DNA of 64,000 nt from Chlamydiota bacterium (lineage in GTDB: Bacteria; Chlamydiota; Chlamydiia; Chlamydiales; Rhabdochlamydiaceae), in assembly GCA_013288075.1 (NCBI GenBank), contig JABDCQ010000002.1:32447-96446 (forward strand), read 5' to 3'. The notes beneath the pieces were generated by a model. That model made no database searches and was not told the DNA's origin. It saw only the letters and a list, made by a program, of their open reading frames with translations. Positions 1 to 9,705 of the stretch are shown here, piece by piece. Numbering within the stretch: the stretch's first letter is position 1; each line of letters begins with the position of its first letter. The position numbers were made by a program, and so were the translations under genes.

Positions 1-981
1 ATTTCTTTAGCAGCGCACAATACATGCGTTCTTCGTGCAGCAATTGATGTAGGGGCCGCTGGTCCCAAGTTGCGCATTGCAGAAGTTGATCGGACCACAA
101 ATAAAATCACCAAAATCTTATATACAAAGCAATGGTCTGTTTTTTTTCAGGACCATCTTTCAAAGAACTCTGATAAAAAACTTAGTCCCGAGATTATGTT
201 TGAGGGACTTAGGGCTATTAAAGAGGCCTTAGCTTTAGCAAAGTCTTTTGAAATACAAGGGGTTGTAATTGTTGGGGCTTCTCCATTCCGCAAGGCTCTT
301 AATGCTGATGAATTTGCTAAAAACATCTATTTAGAAAGTGGTTTGCCCATTCACATTTTAGATCAGGAATTAGAAGCTAAACTCGCTTTTCAGGCTGCTT
401 TAGCTAAGAGCAGCAGTCATTTGGAAAACCTTGTTGCATGGGATATAGGGGGCGGTAGTACGCAGTTTATTACACTTGGCTTAGAAGGGGAGTACCTTTT
501 TGAGGGAAGCTCTGAAGGATCTGGACCATTTAGAGATCTTATTGTGGAATCTATTCAGAAGCGGAGCCTTAAAGAATATAAGAGTCCGAATCCTCTATCC
601 GATGAAGAGGTATGTCTAGCAAAGGTTCATGCAGAGCTTCTTGCATCAAATGTCACCCAAGTTTTTAAAGACAAGTTGTGCCATTCCGAAACGAGAGTTG
701 TGGGTGTGGGCAGTGTCTTTGGCCGAGGCATTGCTTCTTTAGTGAGAGGTAAAAATCCGTTTACCACTGAGGATCTTGAGGGAGTTATTCACGATCTTAT
801 AGGAAAAACAGATTGTGATTTAGGCGGTGGGGATTTTGCCTGTGTTGAGGTTTCTAATGCCATCCTCGTCTATGGATTTATGAAAGAGCTTGGCATTCAA
901 AAGATGCATATCATGGATGTGAACAATGCCGATGGGGCAATAGTCTACAACCCTTTCTGGACAGATAAACAAAGAGAATAA
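1..981 (+). CDS. Ppx/GppA-family phosphatase (5' end lies before the window)
   Basis: Frame is open from base 1 (ISLAAHNTCVLRAAIDVGAAG). AAIDVG, E..LAF and DIGGGSTQ are ASKHA/Ppx motifs. Confidence 0.8.
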   Translation: MSLAAHNTCVLRAAIDVGAAGPKLRIAEVDRTTNKITKILYTKQWSVFFQDHLSKNSDKKLSPEIMFEGLRAIKEALALAKSFEIQGVVIVGASPFRKALNADEFAKNIYLESGLPIHILDQELEAKLAFQAALAKSSSHLENLVAWDIGGGSTQFITLGLEGEYLFEGSSEGSGPFRDLIVESIQKRSLKEYKSPNPLSDEEVCLAKVHAELLASNVTQVFKDKLCHSETRVVGVGSVFGRGIASLVRGKNPFTTEDLEGVIHDLIGKTDCDLGGGDFACVEVSNAILVYGFMKELGIQKMHIMDVNNADGAIVYNPFWTDKQRE

Positions 982-1135
982 TTTCTCTCCCTCTTCCTCT
1001 GTGGTTTCAAGTCTTCTGTGGTTTATATCTTGGCTAAGCCTGAAGCTTCCAACAGTCTTGCATTTTTTTAAACCACAGAGGGAAGAAACCACAGAGGAAG
1101 AGGGAGCGAGAAGAGAGAGATTATCCTCTTTGTTT
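967..1135. repeat. Long palindromic element, family A copy 1
   Basis: Arms aaacaaagag..ctctgtggttt and aaaccacagag..ctctttgttt enclose a ~45 nt loop. The left arm contains the TAA of the upstream ORF. Confidence 0.9.
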
Positions 1136-1167
1136 TTTTTCTTCTTAGAGTTACGCGTAGGCCTTGG

Positions 1168-2190
1168 CTACAACCTTTGTGGTTTTATTTCGGTGATCTC
1201 ACTTTGGAAAAGTGTTTTTCTTCTTTTTCCTTCAAAGCTCAATGTGTCGCAAATAGCCATAATTTCTTTTTTTGCTTGGGCTTCCTCTTCATCTAATTCT
1301 TTTGCCGGCTGAGCTTTTTCTTTTATATAGAGGTTGGAAAGATTGATCTGGATGGGTGTAAAGGAATTGAAATGAGGAGCGTTATACATAAAATTGTCTC
1401 CGCTCGCTAGTATAGTATAGGTTGTATTGAAAATTTTTGTTATTCTTTCAATACCTTGTTCTTCAAGAAGGCGTTTTTTGAATAAAACGAGTAAATTCTT
1501 GAAGCTAAGGTCAACTTTGTATCCGGAGTTAGATGGACCTGGACTGACTACAAGACATTTTCCAAGTGTTACTTTATCAGAAGAGAGGAGGGGGGCAGAA
1601 GCTGCTTCAGATTTATTTAAAAAATTTGATCTTTTTTCCCATTGATATAGCACGTTAGAGGAGTGCATTTTTTGTTCGTAACCCACTTCTGAAAAATCAA
1701 TAACGAAAGAAGAAGATTCTAAAATTGTATAGATTATTTTGATATTCTCTACATAGCATTTTTCTTCTTTGGGTATTTGTCTGCGGCCATCTTCTATGCA
1801 AGTCAGTTCATGTTTGAGGTTGATTTCTTGAGTCTCGGCACCTTCATTGTGCGGTAGCTTTACTTTGTAAGTTTTGGAGAAAATGGCTCTAAGCTGATCT
1901 GCTACGCGGTTAATGTCTTCACGGGCAATATAATCGGAGGTTTTGCTTGGAGCAGAATGAAAAACTTCGGATGTATCGTTAGATGATGTGCCATTTGGAG
2001 AATTGACATTGCCTGCATCTATTATTGACTTAAATAAAATCCACAGGTTTTTGTAGTTGAATTCAAGGTTAAAATTATCAGTGGAATTATACCATGTTCG
2101 TGTAAGGCGCAAGGTAACAGCTTCTGTCATGGGAATGTTTGCTGCTAAGTGTGTGGGGGTTATTGCGGCTGTTGCTGATGGAACTGACAT
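1168..2190 (-). CDS. Hypothetical effector-like protein with internal domain duplication
   Basis: 340 aa ORF with RBS gaggt and an S/T/P/A-rich N-terminus. YKNLWILFK and FKNLLVLFK are repeated. Confidence 0.6.
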   Translation of the reverse strand: MSVPSATAAITPTHLAANIPMTEAVTLRLTRTWYNSTDNFNLEFNYKNLWILFKSIIDAGNVNSPNGTSSNDTSEVFHSAPSKTSDYIAREDINRVADQLRAIFSKTYKVKLPHNEGAETQEINLKHELTCIEDGRRQIPKEEKCYVENIKIIYTILESSSFVIDFSEVGYEQKMHSSNVLYQWEKRSNFLNKSEAASAPLLSSDKVTLGKCLVVSPGPSNSGYKVDLSFKNLLVLFKKRLLEEQGIERITKIFNTTYTILASGDNFMYNAPHFNSFTPIQINLSNLYIKEKAQPAKELDEEEAQAKKEIMAICDTLSFEGKRRKTLFQSEITEIKPQRL

Positions 2191-2360
2191 GAATTACCTC
2201 ATTTACATGATTTAAATGGATGCAGATTGTGTATTTATTATCCGATAAATTTTGTAAAAAAGCATAGGTTCTTTATATATTCTTTGCAAGTAAGGAATAG
2301 AGGGTTAAGAGGATTGCTGTGAACGCTCAGGACAATCTTTTACTTAAGTAGCTTGGCTCT

Positions 2361-3629
2361 TCAGGTTTTTGTACAGCATGCGAGATAGTCTTCTATAGAG
2401 GCTTTGAAGGCTTGCTCCAGTTCTTCGATGCTTTTTCCTTGGAACGTGATAGTGTCATTCAAGCCAATGACTTCTCCATGGAAAATTTTGGCTTCATCGT
2501 CATATGCGATTTGACTAAGGTAGTCCTTGTATTCCATCCGATTGATTTTCTTGCCAAGGATCTTAGTTTTTTCTGCATAAAGAGTTGCCTCTGCCTCAAT
2601 TTCTTCGATGGTTGGTAAAGAGGATTTGAGGTCGGCTGGAAGCGACTCCGCAAGTGCTGTTTCGTAGCTGGCAACTCCAATGGGAGAAAGGATTCCTTCT
2701 AAGGCATATTTCACAGTTACTGCGTTTTTACTTTTACAAAGGATTAATCCTATAGTGGGATTGTCCTCGGGTCTTTTCATTTTATCATCCATTACAGCAA
2801 GATAAAAATTCATCTGCCCGGTGAATTCTGGTTTGAAGGGAACGGCCTTTAACTCAATGACAAAATAGCAGCGAAGCTTAATGTGGTAGAAAAGAAGATC
2901 GAGGTAAAAATCTTGATCCCCGACCCGTAGAGGAACTTGCCTGCCAACAAAAGCAAAGCCATGACCGAGTTCCAAGAGAAATTTTTGGATGTGTATCATA
3001 AGACCATCCTCGATTTCTTTTTCATGAGCTTCTTTAATGATAGTCATGAAGTCAAAATTGTAAGGGTCTCGAAGCGTTTGTTCTGCAAGATCTGATTGGG
3101 GGGAAGGAAGTGTTTTTTGAAAGTTATTGGGAGCTTGTCCTTTTCTTTGATACAGTCCCGATTCAATCCAGAGCTCAAGCATGGATCGGCTCCAACCGCA
3201 TTCAATGGCTTTGTGTGCATACCATTCTCTTTCGGTTAAATTTTTTACTTTTTCAATGAGGATGACGTTATGCCACCAAGGGATGTTAAGGCAGAAGTCC
3301 GGAGGGGTGTCTAATTGTCCAGCAGCTTGCTGGACAATTTTATATGTTTTGTAAAACGTTCTCATATAGAATACGTTAGATCTAGAGAATCCTTTGAGAC
3401 CGGGGAATCCTGATTGGATGTCTTTGCAGAATCTTTCAATGACCTGACTTCCCCACTTTTCAGCTTCTTGACGATTTACAATTTCTTTGCCAAGCCACCA
3501 ATGAAGTTTGATTAGCTCTTGATTCACAGCTATAGCTGCTTTAATTTGTGACTGTTGAATACGCGTTTTGACGTCTTCTAAAAAAGAGGGATAGCTTTTG
3601 GGAAGAGCAGCGATAGCTTTAGGATTCAT
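2361..3629 (-). CDS. YhcG/DUF1016 PD-(D/E)XK nuclease fused to a truncated HicB-like segment
   Basis: GFSRSN, DPYNFDF, LLELGHGFAFVGRQ and IELK motifs. The tail MEYKDYLSQIAYDDEAKIFHGEVIG resembles a HicB N-terminus. Confidence 0.85.
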   Translation of the reverse strand: MNPKAIAALPKSYPSFLEDVKTRIQQSQIKAAIAVNQELIKLHWWLGKEIVNRQEAEKWGSQVIERFCKDIQSGFPGLKGFSRSNVFYMRTFYKTYKIVQQAAGQLDTPPDFCLNIPWWHNVILIEKVKNLTEREWYAHKAIECGWSRSMLELWIESGLYQRKGQAPNNFQKTLPSPQSDLAEQTLRDPYNFDFMTIIKEAHEKEIEDGLMIHIQKFLLELGHGFAFVGRQVPLRVGDQDFYLDLLFYHIKLRCYFVIELKAVPFKPEFTGQMNFYLAVMDDKMKRPEDNPTIGLILCKSKNAVTVKYALEGILSPIGVASYETALAESLPADLKSSLPTIEEIEAEATLYAEKTKILGKKINRMEYKDYLSQIAYDDEAKIFHGEVIGLNDTITFQGKSIEELEQAFKASIEDYLACCTKT

Positions 3630-3816
3630 AAAGAATCTCCTTACTGGATGATGCGGGCTTTGATTGCTTGTAGGTCGTTTTATAAAAATCTTAGCAAATA
3701 ACTTAAACTTTAACTTGATATTTCATCAAGATTATTATTGAAAAACTTTCAATAAAAACCTTTCTTCTAAAGGTTTTTTCTGTATAATGGTTTCTTTGAT
3801 AACGGGGGGATTTCTT

Positions 3817-5070
3817 ATGCGAAGAGCTTTAAAAAGTCTGGTTGTTTTATTTGTTTTTGTCATTCCAGCTTTTGTTAGCGCGGCTTTGCATGTGGGGGTG
3901 GGCAAAAAAGATCTTACGCCTCTATTAGGCACTCCTTCTGCTTGGTATTCTGAGCGTAAGGGAGAGGGAATGGAAGGCGTGCACGATCCTCTTTTAGCGC
4001 TTACTCTTTTCATTGATAATGAAGAGAAGAAACTCGCTTTATGCAGCGTTGATCACTTGGGCTTCACCTATGAAATGGTCCAAGAAATTATTGAAAGAGT
4101 GCATAAAGAACCGGGGCTAGAAGAATGCGAGGTTTATATTGCTTCTTCTCATACACATTCGGGTGGAGGCGCTTACTTAAATATTCCTGTTCTAGGACCT
4201 ATTCTTGCAGGTCCATATAATGCGGAAACTACGCAATTTTATGTAAAGCAGACAGCTGATGCAATTATTGAGGCAAGTAGGCATGTAGTTCCTGGAAAAA
4301 TAGGCATTGGTTATGGAAAGGCAGAGGATTTAAGCAAATATCGAGGGCTTTGGCCAAGAGATGTTTTGCCTCTTTCCGATGTTGCCGTGATTAAAGTCAT
4401 AACGCTTGATGATGCTCCTTTAGCAGCTCTTTTTAATTATGCTGTTCATCCTACAGTGTTAAATGCTCAAAACAGGGAATTTTCTGCAGACTTCGTAGGG
4501 TATGCAAGAGATCATTTGCAAACGCTTCTAGGCTCTTCTATGCAGCCCATCTATTTTAATGGCGCGCAAGGAGATATTATCCCGAAGATCTTTAATGAAG
4601 AAGACCGTTTTGAGTCGTGTGAACATTTAGGACAATCTTTAGCGGAAACAGTTGAGCAGATTTGGAATGAAATAGAAGTGAATGATTGCTTAACGATTAG
4701 CACGCAAAAAGAATCCTATGCCTTTAAACCAGAGGCAACGCCTTTTGGACTTACTTTTCCCATAGAGAGTTATAAAACAGAAATGAATATCATCGTTCTT
4801 AATGGGGTACATGCCTTTATTACGGTGCCAGGAGAGCTCAGCACTCTTTATGATAAGCATTTAAAAGAAACAGGAAGGGAGATGGGCTACAAAGCTGTCT
4901 CTATCTTTGGTCTCACAAATGATGCCCATGGGTATATTATTTTACCTGAATCTTGGAAACATAAGACCTTTGAATCAGGCCTTTCTTTTGGCGGAGAAAA
5001 TTACGGAGACGTAACTAAAAACCGTGCAGAAGCCCTTCTAAAAAACCAAAGGAAAAACAAAGAGGGATAA
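3817..5070 (+). CDS. Neutral/alkaline ceramidase-family hydrolase with signal peptide
   Basis: HDPL, SHTHSG, NYAVHPT, SADFVG, NGAQGD and PGE motifs; hydrophobic N-terminus. Confidence 0.75.
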   Translation: MRRALKSLVVLFVFVIPAFVSAALHVGVGKKDLTPLLGTPSAWYSERKGEGMEGVHDPLLALTLFIDNEEKKLALCSVDHLGFTYEMVQEIIERVHKEPGLEECEVYIASSHTHSGGGAYLNIPVLGPILAGPYNAETTQFYVKQTADAIIEASRHVVPGKIGIGYGKAEDLSKYRGLWPRDVLPLSDVAVIKVITLDDAPLAALFNYAVHPTVLNAQNREFSADFVGYARDHLQTLLGSSMQPIYFNGAQGDIIPKIFNEEDRFESCEHLGQSLAETVEQIWNEIEVNDCLTISTQKESYAFKPEATPFGLTFPIESYKTEMNIIVLNGVHAFITVPGELSTLYDKHLKETGREMGYKAVSIFGLTNDAHGYIILPESWKHKTFESGLSFGGENYGDVTKNRAEALLKNQRKNKEG

Positions 5071-5241
5071 TTTCTCTCTCTTTCTCTCTTTCTCTTTCTT
5101 CCTCTGTGGTTTCTTCCCTCTGTGGTTAAAAAAAATGCAAGCCCTTGGAATCTCTCGTCTTAGCCAAGATATAAACCACAGAGACAAGAAACCACAGAGG
5201 AAGAAAAGAGAGAGAGAGAGAGAAATTATTCCTCTTTGTTT
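5055..5241. repeat. Long palindromic element, family A copy 2 (loop inverted relative to copy 1)
   Basis: Same arms and reverse-complemented loop. Contains the TAA of the upstream gene (5068-5070). Confidence 0.9.
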
Positions 5242-5400
5242 CCAGGCTTGTCTCCAATGCACTGGTGCTCAATGATTTACATGCCACTTCATGCTTAACT
5301 TGTAAGTAAATTATTTAAAAATGATATAATATTATTCTTTATTATGTATTAATATATTTGTTTTATAATAGTTAAAAATTAAAACAAAAAGGAGGTAATT

Positions 5401-6033
5401 ATGTCGTCAATGAATGGTGTTGATTATGGAAGTCTTGGGTATGCAAGAAATGGTTGGCAAGATGTAGCGGTTGAAGGGAAAAATGGGGAAATGAAGACGC
5501 TTGGTTATCAGACCTTCCTTGATAAGCATAATAGGGACCAAAAAGTGCGTATGCTTCTGATTGTAGGGATCGTTGTACTGATAGGTGGGCTTGTTCTTGC
5601 TGCTGTAATTTGTGGAACAAAAGCGCATAATTTGCAGCCTCAGATTGATTCATTACACAATCAAATCCCATGGGATATGCCTCGTGGTAATTGGTCTAAT
5701 GAGATCTGGAAGATATTTAATGAGCGAGCAGGTTTAAGAAGTGCAGTATTTGGTTACGGCATGGCAATTGTGGGAACAGGTATTGCAACGGGTCTTTTAG
5801 CTATTCCTGTTATTATGCTATCAGTGAAAATATATAAAGCGAAGAAGGGTAACCTTGAGAAAGACACGCGTCAGATTACAGATATTATTAGTACATGGGG
5901 AGCTTCGCGGCTTTCGTTACAAACACTCATTGCTAAAAACACGCGGGATGAATTTTTTGACAAGTGCGAAAATATCTCTACTCTTAGGATTACAGAAGAA
6001 GAGAAAGCCTTTTTAGAAGCAAACAAACCCTAA
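5401..6033 (+). CDS. Hypothetical two-TM membrane protein, effector/Inc-like
   Basis: Strong RBS aggaggt and two hydrophobic helices. Confidence 0.6.
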   Translation: MSSMNGVDYGSLGYARNGWQDVAVEGKNGEMKTLGYQTFLDKHNRDQKVRMLLIVGIVVLIGGLVLAAVICGTKAHNLQPQIDSLHNQIPWDMPRGNWSNEIWKIFNERAGLRSAVFGYGMAIVGTGIATGLLAIPVIMLSVKIYKAKKGNLEKDTRQITDIISTWGASRLSLQTLIAKNTRDEFFDKCENISTLRITEEEKAFLEANKP

Positions 6034-6034
6034 A

Positions 6035-6089
6035 CCGAACAGCTTGCATAAATCCTCTTCAAGAGGATTTATGCAACAAGGCTGTTCGG
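6035..6089. terminator. Long hairpin immediately after the stop codon
   Basis: ccgaacagc-ttgcataaatcctctt pairs with aagaggatttatgcaa-gctgttcgg. Confidence 0.6.
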
Positions 6090-6098
6090 AGTCGTAGC

Positions 6099-6273
6099 TA
6101 TACCCAAGATGACTCAAAAATCGGCAAAGTTGCCAAGGCTTTTATCCAGCTTTTTAATCTGCCGAAGTCACCCCTATAAGAATAGGGGCAACTTCAGCAC
6201 CGGCTAAAGCCTGATTAAAATTCTGGATAAAATCCATGCCAACTTTGCCGATTTTTGAATCATCTTCGGTATA
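6099..6273. mobile_element. MITE-like palindromic element (family C), 175 bp
   Basis: tatacccaagatgactcaaaaatcggcaaagttg pairs with caactttgccgatttttgaatcatcttcggtata. Ends in TA on both sides and has internal hairpins. Confidence 0.75.
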
Positions 6274-6346
6274 ATTCGTATATTTGGGCCTGGTTTTTTA
6301 ACAACGAATCTATTATATTGCATCCAGTGTTATTTTGGAATGGTGC

Positions 6347-7744
6347 ATGAATAATAAAATCTCTCTTTTTCCCCTTATTCTCCTTATTGTAGCTGCAATT
6401 GACAGCATTCGCACTCTTCCTGTAACGGCATTTTTCGGTAGCTCTCTTGTATTCCTCTATCTCTTGGCCTCTACCATCTTTCTGATTCCCATTGCATTTG
6501 TTTCTGCAGAATTTTCATCGCGCTACCCTAATGAGGGAGGAGTGTTTCACTGGGTGCGTCACGCTTTTGGTGAACGCGCGGGGGTGCTTTCCGTGTGGCT
6601 TCAATGGATTAATACTATGGTTTGGTACCCAACAATGCTTGTTTTTATTGCAGGCACAGCGACTTATCTCATTCATCCTTCTCTTGCATACAATAAACCT
6701 TTTCTATTGTTAGCGTCTTTAATCACCTTTTGGGGACTTACTTTTTTAAATATGAAGGGAATTAAGGTTTCTATTCGAATGAATTCTATTTGCGGAGCAG
6801 TTGGCACTCTATTGCCTATGTCTTTCTTAATTATATTGGGGATGTGCTGGTTTTTTTCATCTAATTCGCCTGCCATTGCCTTTTCTTGGAGAGATATTCT
6901 CCCTTCCTTTAATCTCATAGATAATAGTAGCGCTTTAGTTACTATTATGGCGTCTTTTTTGGGTATGGAGCTGGCGGGAGTGCATGTAGGTGATATTGAG
7001 AATCCACAGAAAAACTTTCCTAAGGCGATTGGCTATTCTGTATTAATTCTTTTGGGGACCTTGATCTTGGGTGCCCTAGCTGTTGCGGTTGTAATTCCTA
7101 AGCAGGACATTCACTTTGTTGATGGGGTCATGCAAACCTTTACAACATTTTTGACGGCCTTTGATATGCCTTATTTAATTCCTGTGCTTGCTCTATTGAT
7201 TGTTATTGGCGCCACCGGAGGATCAGTAAATTGGCTTGTTTCTCCTGCAAAAGGTCTTTTGCAGCTCGCAGAATTTAAATTTCTTCCTCCTTTCTTTTCT
7301 GTTAAAAATAAGCATGGAGTGCCCTTTAGGATTTTGATTTTACAAGCCTTATTAGTATCAACTTTCTGTTGCTTCTTGCAGCTAATACCAAATGTTAATG
7401 CTTTCTACTGGTTTCTAATGTCTCTTAGTACTGGACTCTATATGCTCATGTACATTTTTCTATTTCTTGCAGCCTTGAAACTAAAGAGACCAGAAAAAAG
7501 CTATCAAATTCCCAAGGGAATACGCACGATTTCCTGCTTTGCTGGTCTTTTTGCATGCGCAATAACGATAATTATTGGGCTCCAACCCCCATCTGATATG
7601 GTTATTGCAAGCAAAATAAATTATGCGCTAATGGTTATTGGAGGCTTTAGTATTTTGCTCTTGCCCGCGATGCTTCTTTGTTTCTACCAAAAAAAGCGCA
7701 AATCTTTAGAAGCAATTACGTCTTTATCTGATCCACAGCCATAA
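6347..7744 (+). CDS. APC-family amino acid permease
   Basis: About 12 TMs; P.EGGVFHWV..AFG and GMELAG..NP.KNFP motifs. Confidence 0.9.
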   Translation: MNNKISLFPLILLIVAAIDSIRTLPVTAFFGSSLVFLYLLASTIFLIPIAFVSAEFSSRYPNEGGVFHWVRHAFGERAGVLSVWLQWINTMVWYPTMLVFIAGTATYLIHPSLAYNKPFLLLASLITFWGLTFLNMKGIKVSIRMNSICGAVGTLLPMSFLIILGMCWFFSSNSPAIAFSWRDILPSFNLIDNSSALVTIMASFLGMELAGVHVGDIENPQKNFPKAIGYSVLILLGTLILGALAVAVVIPKQDIHFVDGVMQTFTTFLTAFDMPYLIPVLALLIVIGATGGSVNWLVSPAKGLLQLAEFKFLPPFFSVKNKHGVPFRILILQALLVSTFCCFLQLIPNVNAFYWFLMSLSTGLYMLMYIFLFLAALKLKRPEKSYQIPKGIRTISCFAGLFACAITIIIGLQPPSDMVIASKINYALMVIGGFSILLLPAMLLCFYQKKRKSLEAITSLSDPQP

Positions 7745-7789
7745 AAGACCTCTTCTAAACCTAAAACAAGAGGTCTTCGTAGTGTGTTT

Positions 7790-7939
7790 TTATCTTTTAC
7801 ATTTACATAACTGTACAGGGTAATTGCAGTTTGGACATGTATTTGGACCTCTTTCAGGTTTATCTGAAGGCAGCGAAGCCTCATAAGCAGAAATAGATAA
7901 AAAACAAAGAGCGCTAATTGTTAAAAATGCTTTTTTCAT
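7790..7939 (-). CDS. Small secreted Cys-rich peptide (49 aa, not in the ORF track)
   Basis: MKKAFLTISALCFLSISAYEASLPSDKPERGPNTCPNCNYPVQLCKCKR with RBS gaggtg. Confidence 0.7.
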   Translation of the reverse strand: MKKAFLTISALCFLSISAYEASLPSDKPERGPNTCPNCNYPVQLCKCKR

Positions 7940-8119
7940 AGAATTCACCTCTTGGTAATTAGATGGTTTGACTCAAAAGTAAGCTGAACTTATCAGTCAT
8001 CCCTTTGTTCAAATTGCAGGGCAGCCTATTCCATTTTTAAAATTGATGCAAGCTCATTTTCTTCTAATGGATTTTCAAGATTTTAATTACGCAAGATCTC
8101 TTGTTTCAGGACTTCATTC

Positions 8120-8749
8120 TTAATGAAGGCAAAGAGAAGGTGAGGGTTTAGTTAAAATGATATGAGCCCGTTTAGCTTCATATTCGGAGAGCATGTTATG
8201 GACATGTACAAAATGATGAGGGAATCTTTTTGATATTCCCTCATCTACATCATCTAAAATCACAAAACTCTTAATATTATAATTATGCGCGTTTTCTCTT
8301 AGCCAAAAGTCAATTAGTTGCCCTCTTTGTTCTAGAGGAAATCCGTACTTTTGCAGAGATATGGGGGAAAGTTCAACCTCCTTGTGTCTTCTTCGCCAAA
8401 AATCGTGATCTGGAATTTTGTCAATAATCAATTTACCGAATGAGGTTACAGCAAACATGAGGTTTTTTAACTCTAAGGCTGTTCCATCTAATCTCCATTC
8501 GGATATGATAACAATGACAATACGGTATACCTCATTGGTTTTTTCAATAAGATTTTCTAGATTGCTGACGGCATCTTTTGACAAGAAATAGCTTGCTGCA
8601 ATTCTCCATTCAAGCTCGGTAAACCCTCCATTAAGCCCTTCTTTTTTTTCGAACAGCTCATGTACTTTCTCTATAATTTTTCCAGAAAGATAGGGGGAAG
8701 CGCGATCTCCTATTAAAACCCCATCCATATCTAAAAAAATAACCGCCAC
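8120..8749 (-). CDS. HAD domain protein (Swiss-Army-Knife RNA-repair type)
   Basis: FLDMDGVL, ISEWR and VILDD motifs. Confidence 0.75.
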   Translation of the reverse strand: MAVIFLDMDGVLIGDRASPYLSGKIIEKVHELFEKKEGLNGGFTELEWRIAASYFLSKDAVSNLENLIEKTNEVYRIVIVIISEWRLDGTALELKNLMFAVTSFGKLIIDKIPDHDFWRRRHKEVELSPISLQKYGFPLEQRGQLIDFWLRENAHNYNIKSFVILDDVDEGISKRFPHHFVHVHNMLSEYEAKRAHIILTKPSPSLCLH

Positions 8750-8929
8750 GGGTTCTTGCTCTGAATAATAGAAGCTAACGATGTCATGGGGCCTATTTAA
8801 TTTTCTGGAAATTATAGAAAGGTTCCCTCTTTTTTTCTACTGTTAAATATGAATTTGGAGATCTTCTTGCTTTTAAAAACAGGTGAGGCTTATTGTATTT
8901 CTGGTAAATAATATAAGGGGAATTAGATC

Positions 8930-9346
8930 ATGAATGTAAATAAAAATGTGGCTGAATTACTAAAAGCTCTTGAGCGCGCAAAAGGCTTTGTCCCGCAAGA
9001 TTGGGATTATATTGCGAATGATGAAGATGTCATGACCCAAGTGATGGAGCTTGAGTATATGCTAAAGCCTCTTGGTGAGCATCTAGGTGTTAGCAAAGAA
9101 CTATTTCCTTCTTCTACAGAATTAGAAAATGATGAAATCAAAATAATTGTCGAGAAAATTTTAGAGCTATGGGCAGCTTACCATTATTTGGCTGATTTGC
9201 CAGAGGGGCTTCCTGTTCGTATTGCCTATGAAACCTTATTAAGTGTTTGGGATGAAGTTGTTCCTTGCTGCCCTGAAGGAAATTTTCACTTCGATTTTTA
9301 TGAGAGAGACTTGGCCCAATATGTCAACCCCAAACGCGATTATTGA
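8930..9346 (+). CDS. Hypothetical protein
   Basis: 138 aa ORF with RBS aagggg and an upstream promoter-like sequence. Confidence 0.6.
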   Translation: MNVNKNVAELLKALERAKGFVPQDWDYIANDEDVMTQVMELEYMLKPLGEHLGVSKELFPSSTELENDEIKIIVEKILELWAAYHYLADLPEGLPVRIAYETLLSVWDEVVPCCPEGNFHFDFYERDLAQYVNPKRDY

Positions 9347-9349
9347 GCC

Positions 9350-9671
9350 GATGGCAAGAGACTTAACTATAGATTTTAGGGTACCTGGATTTTCAGTCCG
9401 AAATTTAAAATATATACGGAAATTTGCAGAGGTTTACCCTGATCCGCAATTTATGCAGGCACTGCTTGCACAATTGCCTTGGTGGCACAACGTGCTCTTA
9501 TTAGAGAAGTTAAAGGACTTCTCAATGAGAGAAATGGTATGCTCAAGAGGTAATAAGAACATAGGTGCATTACCGAAAGAACTTCGTGGTACCTTGCCTA
9601 CTGCTGCTGAGATTGAAGCAAAATTGACCAAACATAAAACTGAGGATACATTAGACAGAGATGAATTATAA
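9350..9671 (+). pseudogene. YhcG/DUF1016 remnant with a large internal deletion
   Basis: GFSVRNLKYIRKFAEVYP..LPWWHN is joined almost directly to the family C-terminal tail LP..L..TLPT..EIEA. Confidence 0.8.
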
Positions 9672-9705
9672 CAGAAGATGCAAAAAACAAAAAAATAAGG
9701 ATCTT

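Noticed and set aside
820..1312. ORFs 820-1092 and 1001-1312 (also 5038-5262, 41848-42258 and the 45860 start)
   Set aside because: These are translations of the palindromic elements; the same pseudo-peptides recur at each copy.
7975..8035. Riboswitch or ribozyme upstream of the Cys-rich peptide
   Set aside because: Some pairing is possible (taggctg/cagctta), but I could not match a known consensus; an Rfam search is needed.
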